Source of the DNA: Candidatus Kryptoniota bacterium | GTDB lineage: Bacteria; Bacteroidota; Ignavibacteria; Kryptoniales; JAKASW01 | Assembly: GCA_046705025.1 (NCBI GenBank) | Contig: JBJKQU010000043.1 | Coordinates: forward strand, 22,611-86,610 | Direction of reading: 5' to 3' | Length of the DNA: 64,000 nucleotides | Shown here: positions 37,501 to 45,707 of the stretch, one piece after another | How the letters are laid out: each line of letters begins with the position of its first letter | Position numbering within the stretch: the stretch's first letter is position 1 | The notes under the pieces: generated by a model | Told to the model about the DNA's origin: nothing | The model's database searches: none | Seen by the model: only the letters and a program-made list of their open reading frames with translations | Made by a program: the position numbers and the translations under genes

Positions 37501-37821
37501 AGGAAACCATCTTCCCTCCTTTATGTACATCTTCACCGAATCGAACTGCGCGGGATAATATTCCTGCATGAACCTGAAGCGGTTAGCCCCGGTGAAATTG
37601 AATATGTAGTTCGGATACTTCTTGAAGAGTGCGAAGTTTTCCTCCATCGTGTTCCAGATATACTTGTCGATCGTCGTCGGGTAATCCCACCGCCATTGAG
37701 TATCGAGATGCGCGTAGCCGATAGTGTAGAGTACTTTCTGTTTGGAGAGATTGGAATGCTGGGCGAACGCCGGAGCAGACAAGATTGTAGTCAGAAACAA
37801 TGCAGCGGCAAAATTTTTCAT
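34519..37821 (-). CDS. GH38 alpha-mannosidase, secreted
   Basis: 1100 aa with a signal peptide. YTIGYAHLDTQWRWDY and QFHDMLAGT motifs are typical of GH38. Confidence 0.85.
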   Translation of the reverse strand: MKNFAAALFLTTILSAPAFAQHSNLSKQKVLYTIGYAHLDTQWRWDYPTTIDKYIWNTMEENFALFKKYPNYIFNFTGANRFRFMQEYYPAQFDSVKMYIKEGRWFPAGSSIEENDELNPSAESIVRQVLYGNEYFRKEFGVASDEYMLPDCFGFAWSLPSILASCGIKGFSTQKLTWGSAVGIPFNVGRWIGPDGRSIVAALNPGDYAGSITGDLGKDTVWIDRINKLGKESGVYTDYMYYGTGDVGGSPTDSSVWWLEKSLKDRSNIRVVSSRADQMFKDITPSEKAKLPSYTGDLLLTNHSAGSINSAAYLKRWNRKLEFLAYNSEAASVMGTWLGGMRYPTKKMDEAWWLTLAAQFHDMLAGTCEPEAFDYIWNDQLLAANQFSHILADASGATIRALDTRVSGVPVVVYNSLPFERQDIAKATVTFAGPTPLAVRVFGPNGKEVPSQIEKVDGNKVTVIFLAETPSAGYSVYDVKESETPCSMNAGLKVTDSTLENSRYIVRIDENGNVSSIYDKTACKELLKAPIRLAFMHEKPEYYPAWNMDWSDQKKPPEGYVDGPVKMKIVEDGPARVGIQVVREARHSKFIQEIRLAAGEAGDRVEFKTFIDWATQGVALDATFPLTVSNPMATYNEEVGTVERGNNNPKKFEVPSHQWFDLTDKSGDYGVSILEDCKNGSDKPADNVVRLTLLYTPGVRKNFGFLDQAYQDIGKNQMLYAVYGHEGSWKEGNSDLAGYRLNQPLITFQTVSHGGYVGKTFSFMKISNANIHVMALKKAEDGNGIILRVVEGKGKSWKNVEVSFAGPVLSAKQVDGQERYVGPAKIKGGRLIFDETPYHIMTFEIKLGPPKERLSPPTSVPVHLPYNVIAMTNRNDMSTGNFDGHGRSYPLEVIPNAVRSEDINFVMGPRKEGEDNAVACDNQRIELPEGKFNRLYLLAASTDTLRDGRFKVGNESVDVPVQVWSGFIGQWDKRLWDKPDTLEKNYDWTGIHYMGLKPGYTRKANVGYFTQFRHLQDGKDDAYAYAYMYKYMIDLPKGAREIVLPSNKNIKVFAISAAYDVNDNTVPAQALFDTLNYKHGYSRFLPAAMSQASPASGYAK

Positions 37822-37832
37822 GGAATATTCCC

Positions 37833-39161
37833 TTATCCTTCCTGGACGACTATTTTTTCGAGTTCCTCAAGTGATTTCCCCTTCGTCTCGGGCATAACCT
37901 TCCACACGAAGAAGAAGAACGGAATCATCATGACGGCGAAGAACATGAAGACGTTTCCGCCGCCGAAGCCGGCAAGCGTAATCGGGAAGAGCAGCCCGAT
38001 AATCGCATTCATGATCCAGTGTGTAAAAGACCCGAGCGCCTGTCCTTTCGATCTCACACGGTTCGGGAATATCTCCGACAGGAACACCCAGATGACCGCC
38101 CCCTGCGAGAAGGCAAAGAAAGCTATAAAGGCGATTATGAAAGCGGCGACTCCCGTGCTTCCGAACAGCGTCTCGTCGTAATAATGCATCGCCGCTCCCG
38201 CTAGTGCCAGGAACATCCCGACTGCTCCTATCAGCAGAAGCGTCTTTCGGCCCAACTTGTCGATGAAGAACATTGCGATGATTGTGAAAATCATGTTCGT
38301 CACCCCCACCGCGACGGCCTCCAACATCGCCGAATTTGTGCTTGCGCCCGCCTTCTCGAATATCATCGGAGCGTAATACATTATTACGTTTATTCCTGAC
38401 AACTGGTTGAACATCGCCAGGAGAATCGCGCACATTATCACGAAGCCGTACTTTTTCTGTAGAAGCTTCGTCGTACCGCTGCCGGCTTCTTCCTTCAGCG
38501 AGCTCACGATATCGGAAATCTCCCCTTCCACGTTTTCGGCACCCACAAGACTCAGAACTCCCTTTGCCTCTTCGACGCGGGACTTCTTGACAAGCCACCG
38601 GGGACTTTCAGGAACTGTGAAGAGCAATCCGAAGAATATCGCCGCAGGCACTGCCATCACTCCGAACATCCATCTCCAACTGTCGGGACCGATTCCGACA
38701 AGCAGATAATTGGAGAAGAATGCCACGAGGATCCCGAGCACTATATTGAACTGAGCCACTGCGACGAGCCTTCCCCTCAGCCTTCCCGGAGAGATTTCAG
38801 CTATATACATCGGTGCCATGACGGAAGCCGCACCGATGGCAAGTCCCCCGACGAACCGCGAGATGAGGAGGGTATGCCATCCTGTTGCGAAGGCGCAACC
38901 GAGTGCAGACACGAAGTACAACGCTCCACAAATCGACAGCACCGGCCGCCTGCCGAGTATGTCGCCCGGTTTACCTACCGCTATCGCGCCGACTACTGTT
39001 CCCCAGAGTGCGATGGACACAGTGACGCCGAGTGTCGCGTTAGTAAGATTGAAATATTGAGAAATGAAAGATGTTGTCCCGGATATCACAGCCGTGTCGA
39101 AGCCGAAAAGAAGGCTTCCCAGGGAAGACACGATCGTTGCAAACAATAGTCTCTTATTCAA
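37833..39161 (-). CDS. MFS sugar porter (sugar:H+ symporter)
   Basis: 442 aa. Motifs LFGFDTAVISG, GRRPVL and PESPRWL. The start codon is TTG, preceded by GGGAG. Confidence 0.9.
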   Translation of the reverse strand: MNKRLLFATIVSSLGSLLFGFDTAVISGTTSFISQYFNLTNATLGVTVSIALWGTVVGAIAVGKPGDILGRRPVLSICGALYFVSALGCAFATGWHTLLISRFVGGLAIGAASVMAPMYIAEISPGRLRGRLVAVAQFNIVLGILVAFFSNYLLVGIGPDSWRWMFGVMAVPAAIFFGLLFTVPESPRWLVKKSRVEEAKGVLSLVGAENVEGEISDIVSSLKEEAGSGTTKLLQKKYGFVIMCAILLAMFNQLSGINVIMYYAPMIFEKAGASTNSAMLEAVAVGVTNMIFTIIAMFFIDKLGRKTLLLIGAVGMFLALAGAAMHYYDETLFGSTGVAAFIIAFIAFFAFSQGAVIWVFLSEIFPNRVRSKGQALGSFTHWIMNAIIGLLFPITLAGFGGGNVFMFFAVMMIPFFFFVWKVMPETKGKSLEELEKIVVQEG

Positions 39162-39626
39162 GGTGCTCCCGCTTCAGTTCTTGAATGCAAATTTAGAAGG
39201 CTGAGAGCAATTATGCCAATAAGATTTTCGAATAGCCGCAATAAATTTCTGCCAATGAAATCGGCAGCGACAGCGGCGAGAGCTCCTTTGAAGCTCGGGC
39301 AAACACGCCCCCGGGAGCAGCACAGTGCTTGCACGTAATGCTACTGATCTGCTATATTTTTGTTAGACGACGGGATGCTGAGTGGTCGGGGAAGAAGGGG
39401 GATTCTCGCGAACGACACTTCCGATCACATGGAAAAAGACGGGTCACAATTGTCAGAGGGCTCCCTGCCTGTAATTGAATCACACGAGGACGGGTGAGGC
39501 GGCTTCACGCAAGATCTGGATCGCGCCCGTGGTGGCCCGGCCGGATTAAATAGGCAGATTGCATCCCTGCATCGCCCAGTCTTACGGGAATTGTCTTTCA
39601 CGTGCCTCAAAACGAAGGAGTATCAA

Positions 39627-41168
39627 ATGCGAAAGTCATTTATGGTGATCTTCGTTGTTTTCTTCTGCGCGCTAAGAGGAATGGCGCAGCAGGGCCGCCG
39701 GAAACAGGATTCCGCTCAAACCGTGACGCCGAAACCCGTTCAGGTTGTCACACATCATGCCATCACTATCGACGGCAAACAGATCCGCTACGCCGCCACC
39801 ACAGGAACGCTTCTTTTGAAGAGCGAAACGGACTCCGCGATCGCACTGTTCGGATTCACCGCCTACACAAAAGACGGGGTGACCCCAGCAGACGACCATC
39901 CGATCACCTTCGCCTACAACGGCGGGCCGGGCTCATCATCGATCTGGCTTCACATGGGTGTTCTCGGACCGAGGAGAGTCGTGATCGACGATCCCAGGGT
40001 CACACCTCCCCCGCCTTACAAGCTCGTGGACAACAATTATTCGATCCTTGATATGACGGACCTCGTGATGGTCGACCCTGTCGGTACCGGACTCAGCAGA
40101 CCCGTCGGACACGCGAAGGGATCCGATTTCTGGGGCGTCGACCAGGATATCAAAACGGTGAGCCGGTTCATCTTTCAATACATAAGAGCGAACAACAGGT
40201 GGAACTCCCCGAAATTTCTGCTCGGCGAGAGCTACGGGACAGCGAGATCGGCCGGCGTGGCGGACTACCTCTTTGAAAATCTCGGGATCGCTGTAAACGG
40301 CATCCTCCTCGTCTCGACGTTCATAAATATGGAAGCGTACAACTTCATCCCTGGCAACGACCTTCCCTACATATTGTACCTGCCGACGTACGCGGCCATA
40401 GCATGGCATCATCATGCCATTCCTGAACAGACATCGAATCTCGACTCTCTTCTGAAGGAAGTGAAGACATTTGCCATTGGTGAATATTCCGACGCGCTCT
40501 TCAAGGGGAGCGGAATCGACAGTGCGGAGTACAACGACGCAGTTAAGAAACTACATGAGTATACCGGCATATCGGAGTCGTACTGGAAGAAGGCGGATCT
40601 GAGAGTGAAGGATGCGCAGTTTATGCAGGAGCTACTCCGCGGGCGAGGCAGGACGGTAGGGATGCTGGATTCCAGGTACGAGAGCCCGACGCGCGACCTG
40701 CTCGGCGAATACGCGGACTACGACCCGCAAAGCACGGCGATAAGTCCGGTGTTTATAACAGACTTTCTGAATTACTTCCACACCGAGCTGAATTATCCTA
40801 CCGATCAAAATTACGCGATTGGCGCCTCCAGCAGCAAGGATTTCAAGGGGGACTGGAAGCCTGAGGGAGCGGGTATGTGGTGGATGGGTTACCCGGACGT
40901 GACCGGCAAGCTTGCGGATGTGATGCAGAAAGATCCCTACATGAATGTGCTTGTGCTCAGCGGATATTTCGATCTTACAACGCCGTTTTTCGCGACCGAA
41001 TACACGATGGAGCATCTCGGGAACAACATCCCCGGCTTGAAAGAGCGGATCCGCGTGAAATATTTCGACGCGGGGCACATGATGTATATCCACTCGGAAT
41101 CGCTCCCGTTATTCAAGTCCACGGTGGCGGAGTTCATCGAGGAGATGTCGCACCTGCAGGAGAAGTAG
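39627..41168 (+). CDS. Peptidase S10 (serine carboxypeptidase-like), secreted
   Basis: Start at ATG 39627, preceded by AAGGAG. Signal peptide MRKSFMVIFVVFFCALRGMAQQ. Motifs NGGPGSSS and GESYG (catalytic Ser). C-terminal AGHMMY contains the catalytic His region. Confidence 0.8.
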   Translation: MRKSFMVIFVVFFCALRGMAQQGRRKQDSAQTVTPKPVQVVTHHAITIDGKQIRYAATTGTLLLKSETDSAIALFGFTAYTKDGVTPADDHPITFAYNGGPGSSSIWLHMGVLGPRRVVIDDPRVTPPPPYKLVDNNYSILDMTDLVMVDPVGTGLSRPVGHAKGSDFWGVDQDIKTVSRFIFQYIRANNRWNSPKFLLGESYGTARSAGVADYLFENLGIAVNGILLVSTFINMEAYNFIPGNDLPYILYLPTYAAIAWHHHAIPEQTSNLDSLLKEVKTFAIGEYSDALFKGSGIDSAEYNDAVKKLHEYTGISESYWKKADLRVKDAQFMQELLRGRGRTVGMLDSRYESPTRDLLGEYADYDPQSTAISPVFITDFLNYFHTELNYPTDQNYAIGASSSKDFKGDWKPEGAGMWWMGYPDVTGKLADVMQKDPYMNVLVLSGYFDLTTPFFATEYTMEHLGNNIPGLKERIRVKYFDAGHMMYIHSESLPLFKSTVAEFIEEMSHLQEK

Positions 41169-41195
41169 TTTTGGCGTGCTGTTGTCGTTACTGAT

Positions 41196-41420
41196 GACCG
41201 TCTCCTTGCCGTTGCCGCCTGGCGCGACGCACTTGCGCTTACCGAGGCTGCGGCCCGGCTGAGCGACAGATCGGACCCGGTTTCCGACGACCTTTGAGAT
41301 GAAGCGGCGAAGTATTACAACGAGGAGGCACTCGCGCACCTGATCGTCCATATTGGCAGTATAAGCGTCTGGAACCGGCTCAGCGTCGCAACGAGGCAGG
41401 TTGCGTTGTCAGAATCGTAG
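41196..41420 (+). pseudogene. C-terminal remnant of a carboxymuconolactone decarboxylase/AhpD-like gene with an in-frame TGA
   Basis: Translation gives DDRLLAVAAWRDALALTEAAARLSDRSDPVSDDL*DEAAKYYNEEALAHLIVHIGSISVWNRLSVATRQV. This matches the C-terminal helix pattern of the CMD family (W.eAlT...vsDe...f.eeel..L...I...n.wNRl). There is no N-terminal half and no start codon. The stop is at 41295-41297. Confidence 0.5.
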
Positions 41421-41602
41421 AGCTGACTGGGGATTTGTGAAGATAGTTCGAAGCCTTCCGCTATATGTGCAGGAGTTGTCCGTCCGAAGGACCACTGTGG
41501 GAGGGTCCGCCGATACAAAATGTCATGGGCGGAAACGGATGCCGTCGAATCCCCTCCGTCATCTGTTGAATGCGCGAAACGCACCTTCGAGAATAGAACC
41601 AC

Positions 41603-41661
41603 GGGAGACACCGAGACACAGAGAGAATATTTGTTCTTCATCAGGGTCTCGTGTGTCTCCC
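41603..41661 (-). terminator. Long hairpin downstream of the rubrerythrin gene
   Basis: GGGAGACACCGAGAC (41603-41617) pairs with GTCTCGTGTGTCTCCC (41646-41661): 15 bp with one bulged T and a 28-nt loop. On the minus strand it is followed by GUGGUUCUAUUCUC. Confidence 0.45.
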
Positions 41662-41737
41662 GCAGGTGCCCTGAGAACCTGTGGCTTGATTCAGCCCAGT
41701 CCAAACCCTATCAGGGCTCCGCACTCGGTCCGAGATG

Positions 41738-42409
41738 TTACTTCTTAAGGAGCGATCCCGAGTGCTGGCTTCCGCCTGCAGGCTGCAAATTGACGGTGAA
41801 ACCTCTGCTCATGCTTGTCATGCAGATGCCGCAGCGCTCCGGCCCCTGACCGGGGTAAGTATTGCCGCAGGTACTGCAAACCTCGTATGACGACGCGAGG
41901 GAAGCCACGTTATTGCTCTCCAAATCGTTCAGCGCGTTTTGGAAGAATGCTTTGTGCTTCAATCCGGTCTCGTAGGCGTAGTTGAACGAAATCTGCGCCA
42001 TCGCCACCTTTGCCTCGCTGGCATCCTCGATAAAGCCGGGATACAACTTCAATTCGTTCGTTTCCCCCTTGACCGCGTCCTCAAGATTCTCCTTCGTCGA
42101 GTTCACCTTGAAGTCCGGCATAACCGTAGGCGTCGGCTCCTCAAGCTGCTTAAGAGCTGCCGCGTGATTGGCAGCGTGAATCTTGTCGGCTTTCGAGACC
42201 GCCTCGAACAACACCGCAATCTTCTGCAACCCTTCCTCTTTCGCTTTCTCTGCGTACGCGGCATACTTCACACTGGCTACCGTCTCATTTGTGAATGCCG
42301 ATCTCAAGTCTTCCGCAACTTTCTGCTCGTCGGCCTTCTGTGCCGACCACGCGGGAACGACTATAGCCGCAAGGAGGACTATCACAATTGTGACCAGGTA
42401 TTTTTTCAT
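41738..42409 (-). CDS. Rubrerythrin/ferritin-like di-iron protein with an N-terminal signal or anchor sequence and a C-terminal 4-Cys motif
   Basis: 223 aa. MKKYLVTIVIVLLAAIVVPAWSAQ. Di-iron helix motifs NETVASVKYAAYA, FEAVSKADKIHAANH, GETNELKLYPGF and AYETGLKHKAFF. C-terminal CSTCG...CGIC. Confidence 0.7.
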   Translation of the reverse strand: MKKYLVTIVIVLLAAIVVPAWSAQKADEQKVAEDLRSAFTNETVASVKYAAYAEKAKEEGLQKIAVLFEAVSKADKIHAANHAAALKQLEEPTPTVMPDFKVNSTKENLEDAVKGETNELKLYPGFIEDASEAKVAMAQISFNYAYETGLKHKAFFQNALNDLESNNVASLASSYEVCSTCGNTYPGQGPERCGICMTSMSRGFTVNLQPAGGSQHSGSLLKK

Positions 42410-42536
42410 GGCTTCCCTCTCTTTGTATGGTGGAGTTCAACAGAACATCTTCAATAAGAGACTTCCCGTCAGGCTGGAGTCCGCTTTGCCTGAGTGATGT
42501 CTTTTATTCGATACGACATTGCGAGAAGAAAGTTAC

Positions 42537-42589
42537 CCCCGAAGTGCATGCATCCATGGTTGGAAGCAATGAAGCAGCCACCTTCGGGG
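42537..42589 (-). terminator. Stem-loop downstream of the response-regulator gene (weak terminator candidate)
   Basis: CCCCGAAG (42537-42544) pairs with CTTCGGGG (42582-42589). The loop is large (about 37 nt). On the minus strand it is followed by GUAACUUUCUUCUC. Confidence 0.3.
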
Positions 42590-42642
42590 CGATGACGTGA
42601 AATTATGGTAGGTACCTGCGGAGTTGCTGCTGATGCCGAATC

Positions 42643-43389
42643 CTACAGCCTGTGTATCCTGTCCACGTAACTGCGGCTTACAACGAGCTCGGTCCTGTCC
42701 TTGTCCCTGAGCTTCACCTTGTACTTTCCGCCGAACCATTTCACCAGCTCCAGCATGTGCCTCATGTTCACGATCGCCGAGCGGTGGATTCGTACAAAGT
42801 CCGTAGAGTCCAGTTTAGATTCCAGCTCCGTGAGTGTGAGATCGACTATATACTTCTGGTCAGCGGTGTGGAGGTAGGTATATTTGTCTTCCGAATCGAA
42901 ATAGACGATGTCGGCACAGTCGACAAGGACAATCCTGTCGCCGACCTTTACCTGAAGCCTTTTCAAGGGAGCCGTGGCGAGGCGTGAAAGAAGCCGCTCG
43001 ACGTTCTCGTCGAACCTGAGCGCCTGATGCTCGAAGAGCTGACGCAGCTTGTCTACGGCCTTATCCAGCCGCCGCTGTTCGATGGGTTTCAGAAGATAAT
43101 CGACTGTGTTCTCTTCGAACGCTTTCAGGGCATACTCGTCGTATGCCGTCGCAAACACGATGTGCGGTTTCGATTTCAGCCGGCGCACTACCTCGAACCC
43201 GTCGAACCCAGGCATCTGGACATCGAGAAAGATAACATCCGGATTTGCTGCGTCGATCCGCTCGACCGCCTCCCCGCCGTTCTCAGCCTCACCGACGATC
43301 TCGAGCTCCGGCTCGTACTTCTTCAGCATCCTGCGGAGACGCTTCCGCGCAAGTTCCTCGTCGTCGACGATGATGACCCGCAGATGCAT
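42643..43389 (-). CDS. LytTR-family response regulator
   Basis: 248 aa. Receiver domain (IIVDDEELAR...DVIFLDVQMPGFDG) and C-terminal LytTR DNA-binding domain (FVRIHRSAIVNMRHM). Confidence 0.9.
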   Translation of the reverse strand: MHLRVIIVDDEELARKRLRRMLKKYEPELEIVGEAENGGEAVERIDAANPDVIFLDVQMPGFDGFEVVRRLKSKPHIVFATAYDEYALKAFEENTVDYLLKPIEQRRLDKAVDKLRQLFEHQALRFDENVERLLSRLATAPLKRLQVKVGDRIVLVDCADIVYFDSEDKYTYLHTADQKYIVDLTLTELESKLDSTDFVRIHRSAIVNMRHMLELVKWFGGKYKVKLRDKDRTELVVSRSYVDRIHRL

Positions 43390-43398
43390 TCCGGTCCT

Positions 43399-44433
43399 TT
43401 ACTTCAGTGGAAGACTGATGACAATTTCACAATGGCCGTTCCGGACGATCTCCAGCGAGGCCTCATCCCCATAAAGGAGCCTGAGCCGCTCCTGAATGCT
43501 TCTCAGGCCGAACCCGCCGGGCTCGCCGTTTTCCTGAAATCCTCTGCCGCTGTCAAGCACCTTGATGACGCACATTCCGTTTATCTCCTTCGCCTCGACG
43601 AGAATCTCCCCGCCGTCGACAGCCGGGGCAATGCCGTGCTTGATGCTGTTCTCGACAAGCGGCTGGATGAGCATCGCGGGAACCTCGACTTCCCGCATGC
43701 GGTCGTCGCATATAACGTCATACCGGAGCCTGGCGCCGAGCCTCACTTTCTCGATTTCCAGATATGTGCGAATGAGATCGAGCTCTTCAGCTAAACTCAC
43801 AGTGTTCTTCTCAGTGTGCCTGAGCGAATGCCGGAAGAGATCGGAAAGTTTTTCCACGGTTTCCTCTGCAGCTTTCGGATTCTCGGAGATGAGGCTTGCA
43901 ATTGAATTCAGCGTGTTGAACAGGAAATGAGGATTGACCTTGGTCTGTAGCGCCTCGAGCTCGGCCTTGGTTTTGAGTCTGGTCAGACGCTCCTCGTTCA
44001 GCTCTTTTTCCTTCAACTCTGCCCCCAGCCGCTCAGCGTGATCCCGAAGCGAGAAGTAAAGAACGGCCACGCTGCCGAATATCACGGCGAGAACCAGATT
44101 GAACTGAAGCATGCGAATGTGTCCCAGCCCGCTGAAGGTAGTTCCGAAAAACACGTGGAGCAATCCGATCGCTACTTCGGTGCCTATTATGCCGCCGCCT
44201 ACAAAAAGGACGACCATGACGCCGATTCGCGGGATGACACTCATCCGTTCACATCTCGGATAGAAGAAATGCACGAGCCCGGAAATGCTGAAGCCGATGC
44301 AGTTCGCAAATATGAAGGCGTTGTAAAGGTACTCCCACCAATGCTGCGGATCGTTAAAGGCCAGCCCGACCGTTATTACAATCGTTATTATCGTGTTGAC
44401 GACGAGCGTGAGCAGAAAGTGCGTCTTCCTCAT
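43399..44433 (-). CDS. LytS/YehU-type sensor histidine kinase (multi-TM N-terminus, His_kinase + HATPase)
   Basis: Start set at ATG 44433 (MRKTHFLLTLVVNTIITIV...), which overlaps the upstream stop as ATGA. Contains the NPHFLFNTLNSI H-box of the PF06580 type and a GxGxG ATP lid (DSGRGF...GGFGL). The ORF-track start at 44625 would overlap the upstream gene by 196 nt. Confidence 0.85.
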   Translation of the reverse strand: MRKTHFLLTLVVNTIITIVITVGLAFNDPQHWWEYLYNAFIFANCIGFSISGLVHFFYPRCERMSVIPRIGVMVVLFVGGGIIGTEVAIGLLHVFFGTTFSGLGHIRMLQFNLVLAVIFGSVAVLYFSLRDHAERLGAELKEKELNEERLTRLKTKAELEALQTKVNPHFLFNTLNSIASLISENPKAAEETVEKLSDLFRHSLRHTEKNTVSLAEELDLIRTYLEIEKVRLGARLRYDVICDDRMREVEVPAMLIQPLVENSIKHGIAPAVDGGEILVEAKEINGMCVIKVLDSGRGFQENGEPGGFGLRSIQERLRLLYGDEASLEIVRNGHCEIVISLPLK

Positions 44434-45707
44434 AGCTGCACCTGCGCGCCGATGTTGAGAGTCTCCTTGTAGAAGAGTGCACCGAACTCCGACTCGCTCC
44501 TGCCGGTAAATACAGAAAAGCGCCCGTATGTCGAAAGATTCTTCGAAATCCTGAATGAAACTGTCGGAATGAGTACCGCACTCAAATCCTGGGCATTCAT
44601 GAACTGGATCAGCTCGATCCCCCACGGCCCGGCTCCCCAGTACTCGCGCCCGAAGAGGTAATTTCTCATCGCGCCCCGCGGCGAAAGTGTATACAGAGCC
44701 CAGAGGAGATTATTTCTTGACGCGCCGACAAGTTCGGGAGACATTTGTATAAGCCCACGCTGAATGTCACTCTGAAACTTAACATAGTTCACCCATCTTT
44801 TCCATTGTCCGGTGGACAAACCCTCCGTGTTGCGGTAGAACTCGACGGCGATGTTGATGCCGTTGCCGAACGTATATTGTGCCCCTATCAGAAGCTTGTA
44901 AAATATCTGACTGGAATAGTCATACATCGCCACGTAGGGGTATGAAGAGAAGATCTGTTGAATGTCGTTCGTCTCAACGATCCGGTTGTACAAGTTCGAA
45001 GACCCCTGCTTCCCGAGAAATTCGCCGTGGAGCTCAAGGTTGTCACCCACCACGTAAGACCAGTTCCCTCCGAGCTCGAGCCGGTCCCCTTCCCTGTAGT
45101 GACCGACGAACGAGAGATCCAAACCGGACAGGAATGTATACGCGCGCAGCGCGATCTGCTGTGCTCCCCAATGCCACTTCCGGGATCCGATCCCGCTTTC
45201 GTTCACATAGACCAGTGTCAGCGAACTCTTTCCGGTGAAGAAGTCGACGGACGCGAGGTCCAGCCCCTCGTTTTCCCCGAGCCTGTCCGACGGGTCTGAC
45301 GGCGACCGCTGCGGCTCGACTACTCCCGTCGGATTAAAGGCATAACCGGTTCCCCACTTCAGGATTTTCTTCCCTATGGTGATATCCCAGGCGTCAGACA
45401 GCGAATAATTGAACGAAAATTCGCGAAGAGAATACGCGTAATCGGGAGACGATAGATTGTCCGTGTTGGTCGAAAGGTTTAGGAGCACGGAGAGTCCGCC
45501 GACGCCCAAATAGAGGTTTGAAGTGGCGACATTCCCCCGGTAAGGTTGAGGAAGGATGCTGTTCCGGTAATTGAGCGGTGTATCTTTGTTGAGAACGCTC
45601 AGCGTCCCCTCGTCGACAACCGAAAGCCTGTAATCCAGGTCCTGCGACCGGAGCTCCCACGGAGCGGCGAGAAGTGCGGTGAGAACGAGAAGTGCGCGGC
45701 CGGTCAT
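44430..45707 (-). CDS. Predicted outer-membrane beta-barrel protein of unknown family
   Basis: 425 aa. Signal peptide MTGRALLVLTALLAAPWELRSQ, then alternating amphipathic strands and aromatic girdles (KILKWGTGYAFNPTG...). ATGA overlap with the LolA-like gene. Confidence 0.5.
   Translation of the reverse strand: MTGRALLVLTALLAAPWELRSQDLDYRLSVVDEGTLSVLNKDTPLNYRNSILPQPYRGNVATSNLYLGVGGLSVLLNLSTNTDNLSSPDYAYSLREFSFNYSLSDAWDITIGKKILKWGTGYAFNPTGVVEPQRSPSDPSDRLGENEGLDLASVDFFTGKSSLTLVYVNESGIGSRKWHWGAQQIALRAYTFLSGLDLSFVGHYREGDRLELGGNWSYVVGDNLELHGEFLGKQGSSNLYNRIVETNDIQQIFSSYPYVAMYDYSSQIFYKLLIGAQYTFGNGINIAVEFYRNTEGLSTGQWKRWVNYVKFQSDIQRGLIQMSPELVGASRNNLLWALYTLSPRGAMRNYLFGREYWGAGPWGIELIQFMNAQDLSAVLIPTVSFRISKNLSTYGRFSVFTGRSESEFGALFYKETLNIGAQVQL

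Noticed and set aside
37867-38598. A 243-aa same-strand ORF in another frame inside the MFS gene.
   Set aside because: It is Arg/Gly-rich low-complexity translation of a region already explained by a complete, motif-bearing sugar-porter frame.
39206-39256. GCAAT...GCCAAT strings (CGCAATAAATTTCTGCCAAT and GCAATTATGCCAAT) upstream of the MFS porter. Considered as a third copy of the rhamnose-promoter motif, or as a sigma54 -24/-12 element (TGGCA-N-TTGC on the minus strand).
   Set aside because: There is no central CG palindrome, and the spacing differs by 2-3 nt from the two good copies. The GG-to-GC distance is 14 or 9 rather than 12, so it does not fit sigma54.
41295-41297. In-frame TGA inside the CMD-like fragment, considered as evidence of TGA recoding or an alternative genetic code.
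   Set aside because: Several well-supported genes in the window terminate at TGA, e.g. the ATGA overlaps at 18958, 44430 and 45704. The fragment also lacks its N-terminal half. A pseudogene is the simpler reading.
43399-44625. Long N-terminal extensions offered by the ORF track for this gene. The same applies to 46607-47947, 45704-46540, 25083-26033, 12651-13676, 30636-33065, 39591-41168 and 49428-50867.
   Set aside because: The extensions overlap upstream genes or precede obvious signal peptides or family N-termini. Several begin at TTG or GTG. Internal ATGs with SD-like boxes or ATGA coupling give family-consistent proteins.
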